Positions 46,648 through 56,672 of a stretch of DNA of 64,000 bases are shown in pieces. The first letter of the stretch is position 1, and each line of letters starts with the position of its first letter. The stretch is from positions 21,834 to 85,833 of the forward strand of contig CAZLWN010000001.1 in NCBI GenBank assembly GCA_964563195.1. The letters run 5' to 3'. Origin of the DNA: an uncultured Undibacter sp. (GTDB lineage: Bacteria; Pseudomonadota; Alphaproteobacteria; Rhizobiales; Xanthobacteraceae). The position numbers and the translations under genes were made by a program. Below the pieces are notes generated by a model. It ran no database searches. It saw nothing but the letters and a program-made list of their open reading frames with translations, and was not told the DNA's origin.

Positions 46648-48273
46648 CTAATAAGCCAAATAGGCTTCGAAGAACGCTGGATCGGAAAGCTTGGGCGCAG
46701 TCGTAAATGCTTCGGATAACGCACTCCAATCAACTTGCCGACGACCATTTTCATCCTTGTATCCTTCGACGATCGCGCAACGCAGCGAGAGAAGATCGAG
46801 TGCTACTCGGTCGAATGAATTAAGTTGAAAGCCTACGAATACAATTGGCCGATCGTGAAAAAGACCTTCGCCAAAGCTCGTACTCAGAGGATAATCATAT
46901 AGGAGAATATCTGCTTTTTCCCAAATCTTACCAAAAGGTTCATGCAAGACACAGTCATCTGCAAGCGATCGAAGCGCTTGTGGAATTCCGTAAACACACT
47001 CCGGATGTGGTTTGAGTAGCACTTCGAATCCCTTTGACCTAAGCCAAACGATGAGTCGAGCATACCAATCAAGTCTTACGTAGTCGCTTTCACCAGGATA
47101 AATGGCAACACCAGAGCCGCTAAAATAACTCGTTACGATCATCACCTTCTTACCGATAGGCGGTCCCTGCCTCGATTTAGCAGGCGGAAAAGAAAGCAAC
47201 CTAGCTCCAGGGGCCACTCCAATGCGTGGCCGATCAGGTCGCACGACAATATCGTCGCGATAAGTCCGCTCGATGCCTTTGACTTGCATGTCTGTAAACG
47301 TGAGAAATTGGTTGACCACCTCAAAATCATTGATGGCTTTCACGTTGGCCCTGAGAAAGCCGATTCCGGCCCCGTGATCATGACCGGTGATCTCGCCTTC
47401 TGCCGACCGGACTGCGTGCGCGAGAATTCGACTCCATATTTGACCGGATGAACCTATCCAGAGTCGGCGGGGTAATTTAATTGTTTTGCTTTCTAATTTA
47501 ATCAGATGCGCCTGCGCGGCTGCTGGAACAATCTCTGCCCAGCGGAATATCATCTTTTCTGAGGCAATATCGAAATTTGCACCGACCAAAGCGTAAGCTT
47601 GACGAGCGCTTTCAACGAGCCCGTTACGGATTGAAGCAAGCCCCATTGACGTCAATGGCGATAACCGTCCAAACCATCGAGAGGGGTGGCAATAAACGAC
47701 GGTGTCATCTATAGCGCTAGCATGCTTTTGTATAAGTTGGGAAATTGAGGTTACGGCGATCGCATTTTCCAAGTCAACAGATCGAAATTCGCCATCCCTA
47801 ATTATGCTACGCCTGAGCAAATTACGAATAAATCGAGCGGGCGCCTTCCAAGCCTGCCGCGGAGGAGGCCCCTGCAGTAGTCGCTTCGCAAACGCTTCTG
47901 GAGGTGCAAGATCTGATCGCATGAAGGCGGCCAGGAAATCCTGCTCTGGTAAAATAATTTCAACATGCGACGCATCACAACGCTTTACAAGTTGCGCTGC
48001 CCTGAAGCACCGTAGGACAAAAAGAGCAAAGTGGCCAGCGCAACATGCCACTGTGTCGCGATCAATACGGCGTTCCAATGTGCGCCCAAAGGCCGCGGTG
48101 CAGGGCAACAGAGCATTGCGAAATTCTTCAAGCTCTTCACGCGGGACCGGGTCAAAGAAATCCTTAAGCCCCTTTCCATCAATAACAAACTTATGCGGAT
48201 CGACAGCTAATCGATTTAGAGGCATATGCATAATAAATCCTTCTTTTAAATTTGATAGTGCGAACAACAACAA
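46648..48273 (-). CDS. Hypothetical 541-aa protein, possible GT-B/Capsule_synth-like transferase
   Basis: AT-richer ORF. FEVLLKPHPE...ADILLYDYPLSTSFGEGLFHDRPIVFVG has the same layout as the C-terminal half of the 23940-25448 protein. Confidence 0.45.
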   Translation of the reverse strand: MLLFALSNLKEGFIMHMPLNRLAVDPHKFVIDGKGLKDFFDPVPREELEEFRNALLPCTAAFGRTLERRIDRDTVACCAGHFALFVLRCFRAAQLVKRCDASHVEIILPEQDFLAAFMRSDLAPPEAFAKRLLQGPPPRQAWKAPARFIRNLLRRSIIRDGEFRSVDLENAIAVTSISQLIQKHASAIDDTVVYCHPSRWFGRLSPLTSMGLASIRNGLVESARQAYALVGANFDIASEKMIFRWAEIVPAAAQAHLIKLESKTIKLPRRLWIGSSGQIWSRILAHAVRSAEGEITGHDHGAGIGFLRANVKAINDFEVVNQFLTFTDMQVKGIERTYRDDIVVRPDRPRIGVAPGARLLSFPPAKSRQGPPIGKKVMIVTSYFSGSGVAIYPGESDYVRLDWYARLIVWLRSKGFEVLLKPHPECVYGIPQALRSLADDCVLHEPFGKIWEKADILLYDYPLSTSFGEGLFHDRPIVFVGFQLNSFDRVALDLLSLRCAIVEGYKDENGRRQVDWSALSEAFTTAPKLSDPAFFEAYLAY

Positions 48274-48677
48274 TTGCTGATCGAGAGGAACAATGAATTT
48301 GACTTAATCAGATAGAACACCGGTCTAACGACGGCGGCCTTTGTCAGAACACTTTTCGTCAAACAGAAATCGACGGCCCGACCACAATCATTTCGGAAAT
48401 AGAAATCTTCTAGCATTTTCTCATTTCATTCTGTCTTGCTGCTTCATCGCCCACGCAGACCGTCGGCAGTTTGCTGTTCAAGTCAATATATGTGATATTT
48501 TCGAAATGAATTAAATTCTTAAAGAAGCGATCACTCACACTCCTAATTTTGCAAAGAAACAATTAACTTGCGAGGCAAGATTAAATCGCGAGCAGCTCTT
48601 TATCGCCCTTCAATGTACCGAGCCCGCACCATTGCTGCTATTTTTCAATGAGCGAATTCGGTAAACGTCATTGAAAT

Positions 48678-49436
48678 TCATGTCATTGAGCGGCGCGCAA
48701 GGGCCAAGATAGATCCACTTCGGCCCTTAACGCAATTCGGTAAAATACTCATAGTATCGGCACGAAACGGAATAAGCCAGCGCGACACAAAAAACGCATA
48801 AGGCAAGTCCCACATCCACGATGGTTTCTTAACAATCCATGGCACGACATAGGCGTCAACAAAATCATGAAATTCGAGCGTCTTTCTTAAGGATGTGGGA
48901 GTGTAGGGGTGAATATGGGTAGGATCGTCATAGAATTCGCGCGCGCTGTAAAACCAGTTAGGCGTAACGATAATTATCGCCCCGCCGGGTCGCAAGATAC
49001 GTTTTACCTCATGCAGCAGGTTTGTCGTAGACTGCATATGCTCAATAATTGACACAGCAGTAACAACATCGACGGACGAATCTTCAATGGGCAAACGATC
49101 TGTCTCAAAATCAAGCCCGTCTGACACGTCTAGGCCATAAGCAATTAACCCGCGAGCCTCACATATCCGAACCAGCGCACCGTCTGCCGAACCGAGATCC
49201 ACAACTTTTGTACCGGAAACGAACCCAGGCAACCCTCGGTGGCGCAACAACTGATCGAAAGTATCGAATACACGCTGCTTCAGCCTAATCTGTCGTTCGG
49301 GAAAACGCTCACGTTCGCGAATAATCCCACGCTGGTAGGCTTCCAATGATTTAAGTCTGCGCGACATTTGCATGAGTAACTGACGTTTTTCTATATTCTG
49401 ATTTCCATCTAATGCCGATCCAATTCGACGTCTCAA
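48678..49436 (-). CDS. Class I SAM-dependent methyltransferase
   Basis: VVDLGSADGALV, VDVVTAVSIIEHM, LRPGGAIIIVTPN. The track start is a TTG. An ATG alternative lies at 49373. Confidence 0.75.
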   Translation of the reverse strand: MRRRIGSALDGNQNIEKRQLLMQMSRRLKSLEAYQRGIIRERERFPERQIRLKQRVFDTFDQLLRHRGLPGFVSGTKVVDLGSADGALVRICEARGLIAYGLDVSDGLDFETDRLPIEDSSVDVVTAVSIIEHMQSTTNLLHEVKRILRPGGAIIIVTPNWFYSAREFYDDPTHIHPYTPTSLRKTLEFHDFVDAYVVPWIVKKPSWMWDLPYAFFVSRWLIPFRADTMSILPNCVKGRSGSILALARRSMT

Positions 49437-49519
49437 AGATGGTCTTAGCCCCGAGCATCAAAGAGGCGGTGAAGGTGCGCGCTTAACGTGCGGTTTCGCT
49501 GGAATTATCACTAACGACG

Positions 49520-50551
49520 CTAACAGTTCTCTTTGGGCATAATTTCCGATAACTCAACGTCAAGCATTTCCCATACAACTGGCGTATTGGCGGAAACATT
49601 CTTCAGCAGCCGAAGTCCTATGACGCGATTAAGTTCCCTTGGGAGTAATCCATCTTCGGGCCGAATGACCTTAATGTCCTTTTCCGCTACGATCTCGCCA
49701 GCTTTCATCGCCCGCACAAAATGTAGGGAGCGGCGCATGTCGTGAATCTCCCGAGGATTCGGCTCAAAGTGCGCCGCGATTGATAATTCGGTCTTGCGGA
49801 TGGCGACGCACATCTCGGAAAATTCGCTCGGACGCAACGCCACAACATGATCGGGGCTTAAGCCATTTCCGGTGAGCGAAAAATGCTTCTCTATAATCTT
49901 TGCGCCAAGTGCAACTGCCGCGATCGGCGCTTCTATGCCGAGCGAATGGTCAGAAAATCCTACGGGACAATCTAGTCGGCCAGCTAGCATCGGAATATTT
50001 CCGAGACATAACGCTTCCGGCGGAGTCGGATAGCGACTAACGCAATGCAGTACCGCGAAGTTTCTAAATTCACGATCTGCAAGCGATTGCGTCAAATGCT
50101 TTACTTCATCAAATGTTGCAAGGCCGAGTGAAAATATTACCGGCTTGCCTATTTCTACGAGTCGTTCGATCATCGGCTCATGCGTAATGTTGGCCGATGC
50201 AACTTTGTACCCCCAAGCGCCGTACTCTTCCATCCAGCTCAAAGTGGTGAAATTGGTCGCAGTTGATAAAAAACGTACGCGTCGTTTAGCGCATCGCTTT
50301 ATAAGAACGGGATACCAGCGGCGCGGCATTTCAAATCGTTTTAGCATTGAGTAGTTGGAATCTTCCGTCGACACTAAATCGTCGGCAAGGAAGCTCTGGA
50401 ATTTGACAACGTCGGCCCCCGCCTCCGCCGCCGCATCGATGTGCGCCAGCGCGCGATTGAGATCGCCATCGTGATTGGAACCGACCTCAGCGATGATTGT
50501 CACTTTTGCGCGCTTGCTGTCGAATGCGCCAGGAGAGCCGACGTGCTGCAT
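49520..50551 (-). CDS. pseI: Pseudaminic acid synthase (NeuB family, copy 1)
   Basis: VTIIAEVGSNHDGD, ADVVKFQSF, FSDHS, SAF-like C-terminus. It lies in the pse operon. I used the ATG at 50551. Confidence 0.8.
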   Translation of the reverse strand: MQHVGSPGAFDSKRAKVTIIAEVGSNHDGDLNRALAHIDAAAEAGADVVKFQSFLADDLVSTEDSNYSMLKRFEMPRRWYPVLIKRCAKRRVRFLSTATNFTTLSWMEEYGAWGYKVASANITHEPMIERLVEIGKPVIFSLGLATFDEVKHLTQSLADREFRNFAVLHCVSRYPTPPEALCLGNIPMLAGRLDCPVGFSDHSLGIEAPIAAVALGAKIIEKHFSLTGNGLSPDHVVALRPSEFSEMCVAIRKTELSIAAHFEPNPREIHDMRRSLHFVRAMKAGEIVAEKDIKVIRPEDGLLPRELNRVIGLRLLKNVSANTPVVWEMLDVELSEIMPKENC

Positions 50552-50578
50552 TGATGCCAATTGAGAAATAGATCCCGC

Positions 50579-51637
50579 CTATGGGACTAGCACTCTTGCC
50601 TCGATTTCAGCATAGTCAACAACAACATCCTTACGGATTTTCAGGATGGCCTTTCCGTCGGGCGGATGAGAAATCGGATCCACTCGAATACCATGCACCA
50701 GATCTATGAGCAAATCCGTAAGATTAATCCCGGATGCCAAGATGTTCATGTCCTGCGCTGCGGTTCGCCCGCCATTCACTTCGATCAGGTAAGGGAGCCC
50801 ATCGCGTTGCGATGCAATCAATTCGACATTATTAAATCCAGGCATGAGACCGAGGGTCTCGACCGCGGTCACAGCCAATGCGATCATTGCATCGTTACGC
50901 TCAATTACAGCGGCGGTCGTCGTACTCTTGTTCCTACGTTTCTCGAATTTACGGCGGCTAACTGCGTAAACTAGCTGTCCGTCGCATGAATGCAGTGTGC
51001 TGACATTAAATTCATCCCCTTCAATCAGCTCTTGTACGAGAAACCGCATCGTGCCACCCGCCGAAAGACGCGCCACCCGTCGCAGAATGAAATCGTACTC
51101 GTCGCGATTTTCCGGCATGTAGACATGCCGACCGCCACGTGAAGCCAATACCTTAATAACAACGCGCCCTTCGAGTTCAGCCCACACTCGATCAGCGGCA
51201 AAGTCGTTGTCGAGAAACCAAGTGCGCGGCATGCGTATTCTGTTGCGTAAGCACTCGTCCATAAGCTGCTTGTCCAAGGCACGCTGCAACGCTTCCTCTG
51301 GCGGCAGCAGTATCCTACAACCAAGCGCCTCAATGACATCGCGATAATGGGCCAGTATGGGTAGCTCCTCATCAAGCCCCGAATAAAGTACGCCTATTCG
51401 TTCGCGCTCAATCAAACGCCGCAGTGCCGGGATATAGGATTTATCGTCGCAAGGCGGCAACTGATAGGCGGCATCCACTTCAGGCAAGAATAGATTTCCA
51501 GACGCCGGATTTGAATCCGCCAACAATGCACGGCAGCGATATTTACCCGAGCATTTCAGCGCCTGCAATTGCGCCAATATTCCAGGTCCACCACCGGGAG
51601 TAAGTAGCACTGTGACGTCAAATGAGCTGAGCTTCAT
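50579..51637 (-). CDS. ATP-grasp domain protein
   Basis: 352 aa. It has a pre-ATP-grasp region plus VIKVLASRGGRHVY, FLVQELIEGDEFNVS and YLIEVNGG-type motifs. Confidence 0.65.
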   Translation of the reverse strand: MKLSSFDVTVLLTPGGGPGILAQLQALKCSGKYRCRALLADSNPASGNLFLPEVDAAYQLPPCDDKSYIPALRRLIERERIGVLYSGLDEELPILAHYRDVIEALGCRILLPPEEALQRALDKQLMDECLRNRIRMPRTWFLDNDFAADRVWAELEGRVVIKVLASRGGRHVYMPENRDEYDFILRRVARLSAGGTMRFLVQELIEGDEFNVSTLHSCDGQLVYAVSRRKFEKRRNKSTTTAAVIERNDAMIALAVTAVETLGLMPGFNNVELIASQRDGLPYLIEVNGGRTAAQDMNILASGINLTDLLIDLVHGIRVDPISHPPDGKAILKIRKDVVVDYAEIEARVLVP

Positions 51638-51764
51638 ATTATCTGACTGAAATGTATATTTACTGGCCTTTATCGACGAATAAAAAAAGCGAGCAATAGT
51701 GGATCGTTACCATCTTTGAATCTCCCGCGATCGCGGCGCCCGACCCGAAGCCGACATTTTATGT

Positions 51765-53240
51765 TTATGCATGAGCGAGCCTCATCGGCTTGGATATATA
51801 GACATCCCCCGACCGCCTGTAACCGCAGCCCGAAAAGAGCCGCGCCGAGGCCTCATTCTCATCGAGCACATCGGCACGCAATTCAGCAGCTGGGCATAGA
51901 CGCCGCGCCAATCGTAAGGCGGCAGAGGCAACACCGCGTCGCTTCTGCTTCGGCGCCGTCAAAATCGAAATTTCGTAAGACGAATCACCGATCCGATCCA
52001 GTCGGAGCACGCCAGCCTCCCGGTCGTTCAACGTCACGACGTTAAAAATGCAGTTATTATCGGTCAATTTTGATTTCAACCAGCGGCAATGTTCATCATG
52101 TGATGGCGCCAATGGATTTCGAAAATAGCGGCGAGTGGACGGGTCACGTTGCCATTCAAACATCGTATCGGCGTCGTCCGTGGTGACCGGGCGCAAACGG
52201 ATTTCATCGACGCCGCGGATGACCTCTGGCGAGACACCGATAGCGACTCGCTGCGGCCCAAGACCATCACAAAGCGCCGCCGAACGCCCACTCATCTCCC
52301 AATATTTGATTGGATTTTCGGTAAGATTCTTTACGCCCTGCTCGAGCACTCTTTCATCAATCGCAATCCCGTCACCTATAATAATCGCGGCTCCGGCTTC
52401 GCGAAGAATAGCCGCATTCGGAAGTTGATTGGTAGCAGTTACTACGACGAGCGCTGGAATTCCGAGGCAGCAGCGCTCCCAGCTTGTCATCCCACCTGCA
52501 CCAAGCGCGATATCGGCAGCGGCCATGATCTCCGGGACATCGGATGCGTCGACATGAACCTCAACATCGAGCGCGCTTTCCGCCGCTCTATTACGTACAA
52601 AATGAAACCCTGACGCGTGCGTGCCGATCAGAATATCGATACGACATCCGCGCGGTAGGAGACGATTCAAAATTGGGAGGATTGCACCAGTTCGATCGCT
52701 CGCATCGATCATTCCAAAACTTACTACGATCCTTTCGCAGCCACGATTAGTCTTGCGGCGCGAAAGACTTTGATACCGCAGACGATGAAAGTCCGACCGA
52801 AGCAGCGCATATACCGGCCCCAAAAACTGGCGAGTTCCCGTAGCGAGACGATCGGGACCTCGGGTCGCTGCATCGAGTAGAAAATCGCAGTCATGCCTGC
52901 GACCGGTCGCGTCATCGATTACCAGAATCATCTTAGCCGAGCCTCGGCAAGCCCGCTCGAAATCTTCACCGCGCTCGTAGTGATCGACGACCATGAGGTC
53001 AGCAGCACCACCGGTAGCGGCCGCAATCTGCAAAGGTTCATCTTGAGCGGGTCCTTCCAAGACGATGACCTGCATTCTCGAATTCGCGAGTGCTGGAACA
53101 CTCTTGAGTGATGTCGCGCGGGTCACGAACGCACATTCCCAGCCAACGGCGTAAAGCGCATCGGCGAGCACCATCGAACGGATCACATGACCAGCGCCGA
53201 TTCGTGTCGAGGCATCACAGCGAAAAAGAGCCAAAGGCAT
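51765..53240 (-). CDS. pseG: Fused PseG (UDP-2,4-diacetamido-2,4,6-trideoxy-beta-L-altropyranose hydrolase) and PseH-like GNAT acetyltransferase
   Basis: N half: ALFRCDASTRIGAGHVIRSMVLADAL (PseG signature). C half: IRLRPVTTDDADTMFEWQRDPSTRRYF...RRGVASAAL (GNAT). The ATG at 53240 is the start. The track ORF's first 38 aa run into the IS remnant. Confidence 0.8.
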   Translation of the reverse strand: MPLALFRCDASTRIGAGHVIRSMVLADALYAVGWECAFVTRATSLKSVPALANSRMQVIVLEGPAQDEPLQIAAATGGAADLMVVDHYERGEDFERACRGSAKMILVIDDATGRRHDCDFLLDAATRGPDRLATGTRQFLGPVYALLRSDFHRLRYQSLSRRKTNRGCERIVVSFGMIDASDRTGAILPILNRLLPRGCRIDILIGTHASGFHFVRNRAAESALDVEVHVDASDVPEIMAAADIALGAGGMTSWERCCLGIPALVVVTATNQLPNAAILREAGAAIIIGDGIAIDERVLEQGVKNLTENPIKYWEMSGRSAALCDGLGPQRVAIGVSPEVIRGVDEIRLRPVTTDDADTMFEWQRDPSTRRYFRNPLAPSHDEHCRWLKSKLTDNNCIFNVVTLNDREAGVLRLDRIGDSSYEISILTAPKQKRRGVASAALRLARRLCPAAELRADVLDENEASARLFSGCGYRRSGDVYISKPMRLAHA

Positions 53241-53248
53241 TAGCAGTC

Positions 53249-54350
53249 TGCTGAAAAAGTTGGGAATTTCATCTTTGTCTCTACCGAGGGCCCGTGATTC
53301 TGGTGAAGTCTTCGATCGTTTGAGGCGTATTGTGTGGTCTGAACAGCCACTCACCTACGCCGCAACCAGTTTGGGAATACGGACTAGACTATAGGCGATC
53401 AGGTTGAGCATGAAGTCGGCGGCGACGCCGCAGATGGCGCAATGTTTGGTCTTGCACATCTCGCCGTGCCGCTTGCCCCAATCAAAGATGCATTTGATCG
53501 CCGCGCGGCGCGATTGCGACATTTCATAACCTTCGTGTCTCGCGGTGCGTTCATCGATGGCGCTGCGGCGGCTCGTGCCGATCTTGGTCGGGCCATTATT
53601 CTGCGTCACATGCGGTGTGATATTGCTGCCGCGAAGATTTGCCACATAATCGGCCGCGTCATAGGCCTTCTCCTCACCGGCCGTAATGCGGCGGCCGGCC
53701 TTCTTGGTCTTGGTTTTGAGCATCCACTCCGCGGCGCGGCGCTCGGCGGTGCAATTGGCGTGCGTGACCATGCCAGCCACCGCAAGCCCATGCCAGTTCT
53801 CCATGATGACGTGGCCCACATAGGATAGTTTAGCCTTCCGTCCGGCGGCCTTTTGGCGAAGCCCACTATCGGGATCGCTGGTCCTCGCATGCGTGTCGTT
53901 CTTGCGCTGCTGGCCATGAAAGTTTGTACCGTCATCGCCACCGCTGCCGTCCTTGAGGCGAAAGCTCTTCTGTGAAGCCCAGGCCTCGATCAGTGTTCCG
54001 TCCACCGAAAAATGAGCGTCCGGCAATAGCGGTTTGACCTGCGGATGGCTGCGAAGCCCAGCCATAAACTTCGTAAATACCTCGCTGTTCTGCAGCCGCT
54101 CTCGGTTCTTCGTAAAGCTGGTCGCGTGCCAGACCGGATCGTCGGGCGCAAGCCCCACGAACCAGCGGTATAAAAAATTGGAGTCACTCCCGTATCTTCC
54201 TCAGCGGATGGCCGCCGGAACCCGCGCCTCTGGCGAGATGTAAGAAAACATCGCGCCCTGGTCCTCAAATGCTCCCCGCATGCAAGCCTCTCGATTCGCG
54301 ATAAAAAACTGAATTATCAAATGATCGATGTGGTGATTGGTTTTTCAGCA
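53249..54350. mobile_element. Degenerate IS5-superfamily element (boundaries tentative)
   Basis: It encloses the transposase pseudogene. A perfect 10-bp inverted repeat, TGCTGAAAAA (53249-53258) and TTTTTCAGCA (54341-54350), may mark the ends. Confidence 0.35.
53355..54281 (-). pseudogene. IS5/IS1182-like DDE transposase, disrupted
   Basis: The 267-aa ORF has NFLYRWFVGLAPDDPVWHATSFTKNRERL and HFSVDGTLIEAWAS. Upstream, my own translation gives MRGAFEDQGAMFSYISPEARVPAA(H)PLRKIRE in another frame. The roughly 75 aa normally between these two blocks are missing. Confidence 0.8.
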
Positions 54351-54472
54351 AACTACAAGAATGCTTTGCCAGAACTCGGCTTCGCCTGCCGACTCCCGCA
54401 CGTAACCTGCTTGAAGCGCGCTGAAAACACCTTCGAACAAATGAAATTGGGTCGAACCGACTTCATGGCTGA

Positions 54473-55246
54473 TCAGTTCCGAGGCATTGCTAGACTCGCC
54501 GCGCGCGAACCGCGCCACAAGTATGCTGGAGGTTTCACGTAACGCTGGACGAGAACCTTCAAATCCGGACGGCCGTCCAGAAATTTCACAATCTCCTTGA
54601 GCGGAATCAATGGCGCCTTGTCGATCAACGTCCGATAGACCTCACGACATACCACCAGATCCTCGGGATAGTCCACGGTCAGACGCAAATCCGGTCGCCG
54701 CAAGCTGAATTCGGGTTCAAGCACCTCGATGAGAAATTCGTCGGCGTGCTGCTTTGCGTACCGTGAACACATCTCACGGCTCTCGTCGTTGCCATGGCGG
54801 TGGGATCGCACAAGCGCTTCCAATGTGTAAATTTCAAAAGCCGTACCAAGCGGCAGCGTTCCCGTCACAGTAATGTCATTGCCGTTCATCACATGACGAT
54901 ACCAAGCTTCGACGAGAGGTTCGTAATACAAGAACGGGCATTCGGTTGTTATTCGGAACACATCGCTACCCTGGCTGGCCCGAGCGCATTCGATCAAGCG
55001 AGACAGAACGTCTTGCTGATCGCCGACAATGAACGGAATTCCCCTGGCTTTGGCGATCTCGACAAAAATTTCATTCTCAACTCCCACGGAAATACCGAGA
55101 ACGCATTCACCAATCGCCGGCAATGCTTCCAAGGTTCGCAGGATCTGGTCAAGAATTGTCACGCCCGCTACGAGATTCTGCATTGGTTTGCCGAAAAGTC
55201 TGCTACCACCGTTGCGGCATGCTAACGCGGCGACGAGCCGTCTCAT
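54473..55246 (-). CDS. SpsF/FlmC-type cytidylyltransferase, candidate CMP-pseudaminic acid synthetase
   Basis: MRRLVAALACRNGGSRLFGKPMQNL (SpsF-like start) in the pse operon position of pseF. The ATG at 55246 is preceded by AAGGA. Confidence 0.65.
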   Translation of the reverse strand: MRRLVAALACRNGGSRLFGKPMQNLVAGVTILDQILRTLEALPAIGECVLGISVGVENEIFVEIAKARGIPFIVGDQQDVLSRLIECARASQGSDVFRITTECPFLYYEPLVEAWYRHVMNGNDITVTGTLPLGTAFEIYTLEALVRSHRHGNDESREMCSRYAKQHADEFLIEVLEPEFSLRRPDLRLTVDYPEDLVVCREVYRTLIDKAPLIPLKEIVKFLDGRPDLKVLVQRYVKPPAYLWRGSRAASLAMPRN

Positions 55247-55448
55247 TCCAGGTCCTTTCCCATCAACAGCGCGCCGACTGGTAGTACCCGCTTTAATTTT
55301 TGCCCGACCATCTTGGGCCGTGTAACTAGCGACCGTAAAGGCTTCAACCAATTGCGTAGCTTCTCAATTTCATTGCTATGAATATAACCGATTTACTATT
55401 CTGTGGACCAAGGTAACCGAACAATCGGTCAACATCGAAAACTTTAGA

Positions 55449-56672
55449 TTACAATCCGATCGCCGAACGTAAGGACTCGACGACGTAATTCGCATCGCTT
55501 TCGTTCATTCCGGGGAACAGCGGAAGCGACAGGCAACGGCTGTAATAGGTCTCCGCGCCGGGAAGTGTAATTTTTCCATAGCGTGCGTGATAATATGGTT
55601 GCCGATAAAGTGGAGCGTAATGCACCTGACTTCCGATTCCCAATTTTTCAAGCGCTCGCATAACCTGTCCACGTGACCGACCGATTTCGGGAAAATCAAT
55701 CAAAACGACAAACAAGTGCCACGTCGCCGTGCAGTTTGGTAACACCGAAATTGGCCGAACCGCCGGCGCAAGATCTCCAAACGCGGCACGGTAATGCGCA
55801 ACCAGCTTTTTCCGGCATTCAATGATGCCATCGAGTCGCGAAAGCTGGCTCAAGCCGAGCGCGCACTGAAAATCTGTGACACGATAATTGTATCCGATTT
55901 CGGACATTTCGTAGTACCACGGGTTCGGTTCTCCGCTCTCAAATGCCATTTCCGTTTGTGAGAAGGTGTCAGGCTCGCGGGCGATGCCGTGACTGCGAAG
56001 TCTGCGGATACGATCGATGAGCTGCTGATCGCTACCGGTAACCATCCCCCCCTCACCGGTCGTGATCGTCTTAACCGGATGAAACGAAAACGCCGCCAAG
56101 TCGGAATGCACGCACGCCCCGACTGAAATTTGCTGGCTGCCGACCCAATAGTCAGTGCCGAGCGCATGGCAGGCGTCTTCGACGATCTTAAGGCCATGGC
56201 TTTGCGCGAGTGAGTGCAAACCGGCCGGGTCGCCGCATTGACCATTGAGATGAACAGGAAAGATCGCCTTCAGGCGCGAGCGATCGGCACGGGCCATGGC
56301 CGCTTCAGCATGCTCGGGCAACATGAGTCCGCTGTCGGGATCGACGTCAGCAAAGACCACTTCGGCCCGGACAAATCGGGCCGCGTTCGCCGTCGCAAGA
56401 AACGTGATGGCAGGAACGATGACCTGATCGTTCTCACCTAGGCCGATCGCCATGGCCGCAAGATGAAGAGCGGCCGTCCCGTTGGCGCAAGCTGCGCCAT
56501 GTTTCGCATCGACGCGTTGGGCGAAGGCACTCTCGAATGCGGCGACGGATGGACCGGTGGTCAGCCAATCTCCTTGTAATACTTTTACGACCGCATCGAT
56601 ATCGGCCTGATCGATGCATTGACGTCCGTATGGTAAATACCGACGATTTAAACTCAAAGGCGCGCTAGCCAC
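55449..56672 (-). CDS. pseC: UDP-4-amino-4,6-dideoxy-N-acetyl-beta-L-altrosamine transaminase
   Basis: YLPYGRQCIDQADIDAV, FSFHPVKTITTGEGG. Adjacent to pseB. Confidence 0.85.
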   Translation of the reverse strand: MASAPLSLNRRYLPYGRQCIDQADIDAVVKVLQGDWLTTGPSVAAFESAFAQRVDAKHGAACANGTAALHLAAMAIGLGENDQVIVPAITFLATANAARFVRAEVVFADVDPDSGLMLPEHAEAAMARADRSRLKAIFPVHLNGQCGDPAGLHSLAQSHGLKIVEDACHALGTDYWVGSQQISVGACVHSDLAAFSFHPVKTITTGEGGMVTGSDQQLIDRIRRLRSHGIAREPDTFSQTEMAFESGEPNPWYYEMSEIGYNYRVTDFQCALGLSQLSRLDGIIECRKKLVAHYRAAFGDLAPAVRPISVLPNCTATWHLFVVLIDFPEIGRSRGQVMRALEKLGIGSQVHYAPLYRQPYYHARYGKITLPGAETYYSRCLSLPLFPGMNESDANYVVESLRSAIGL

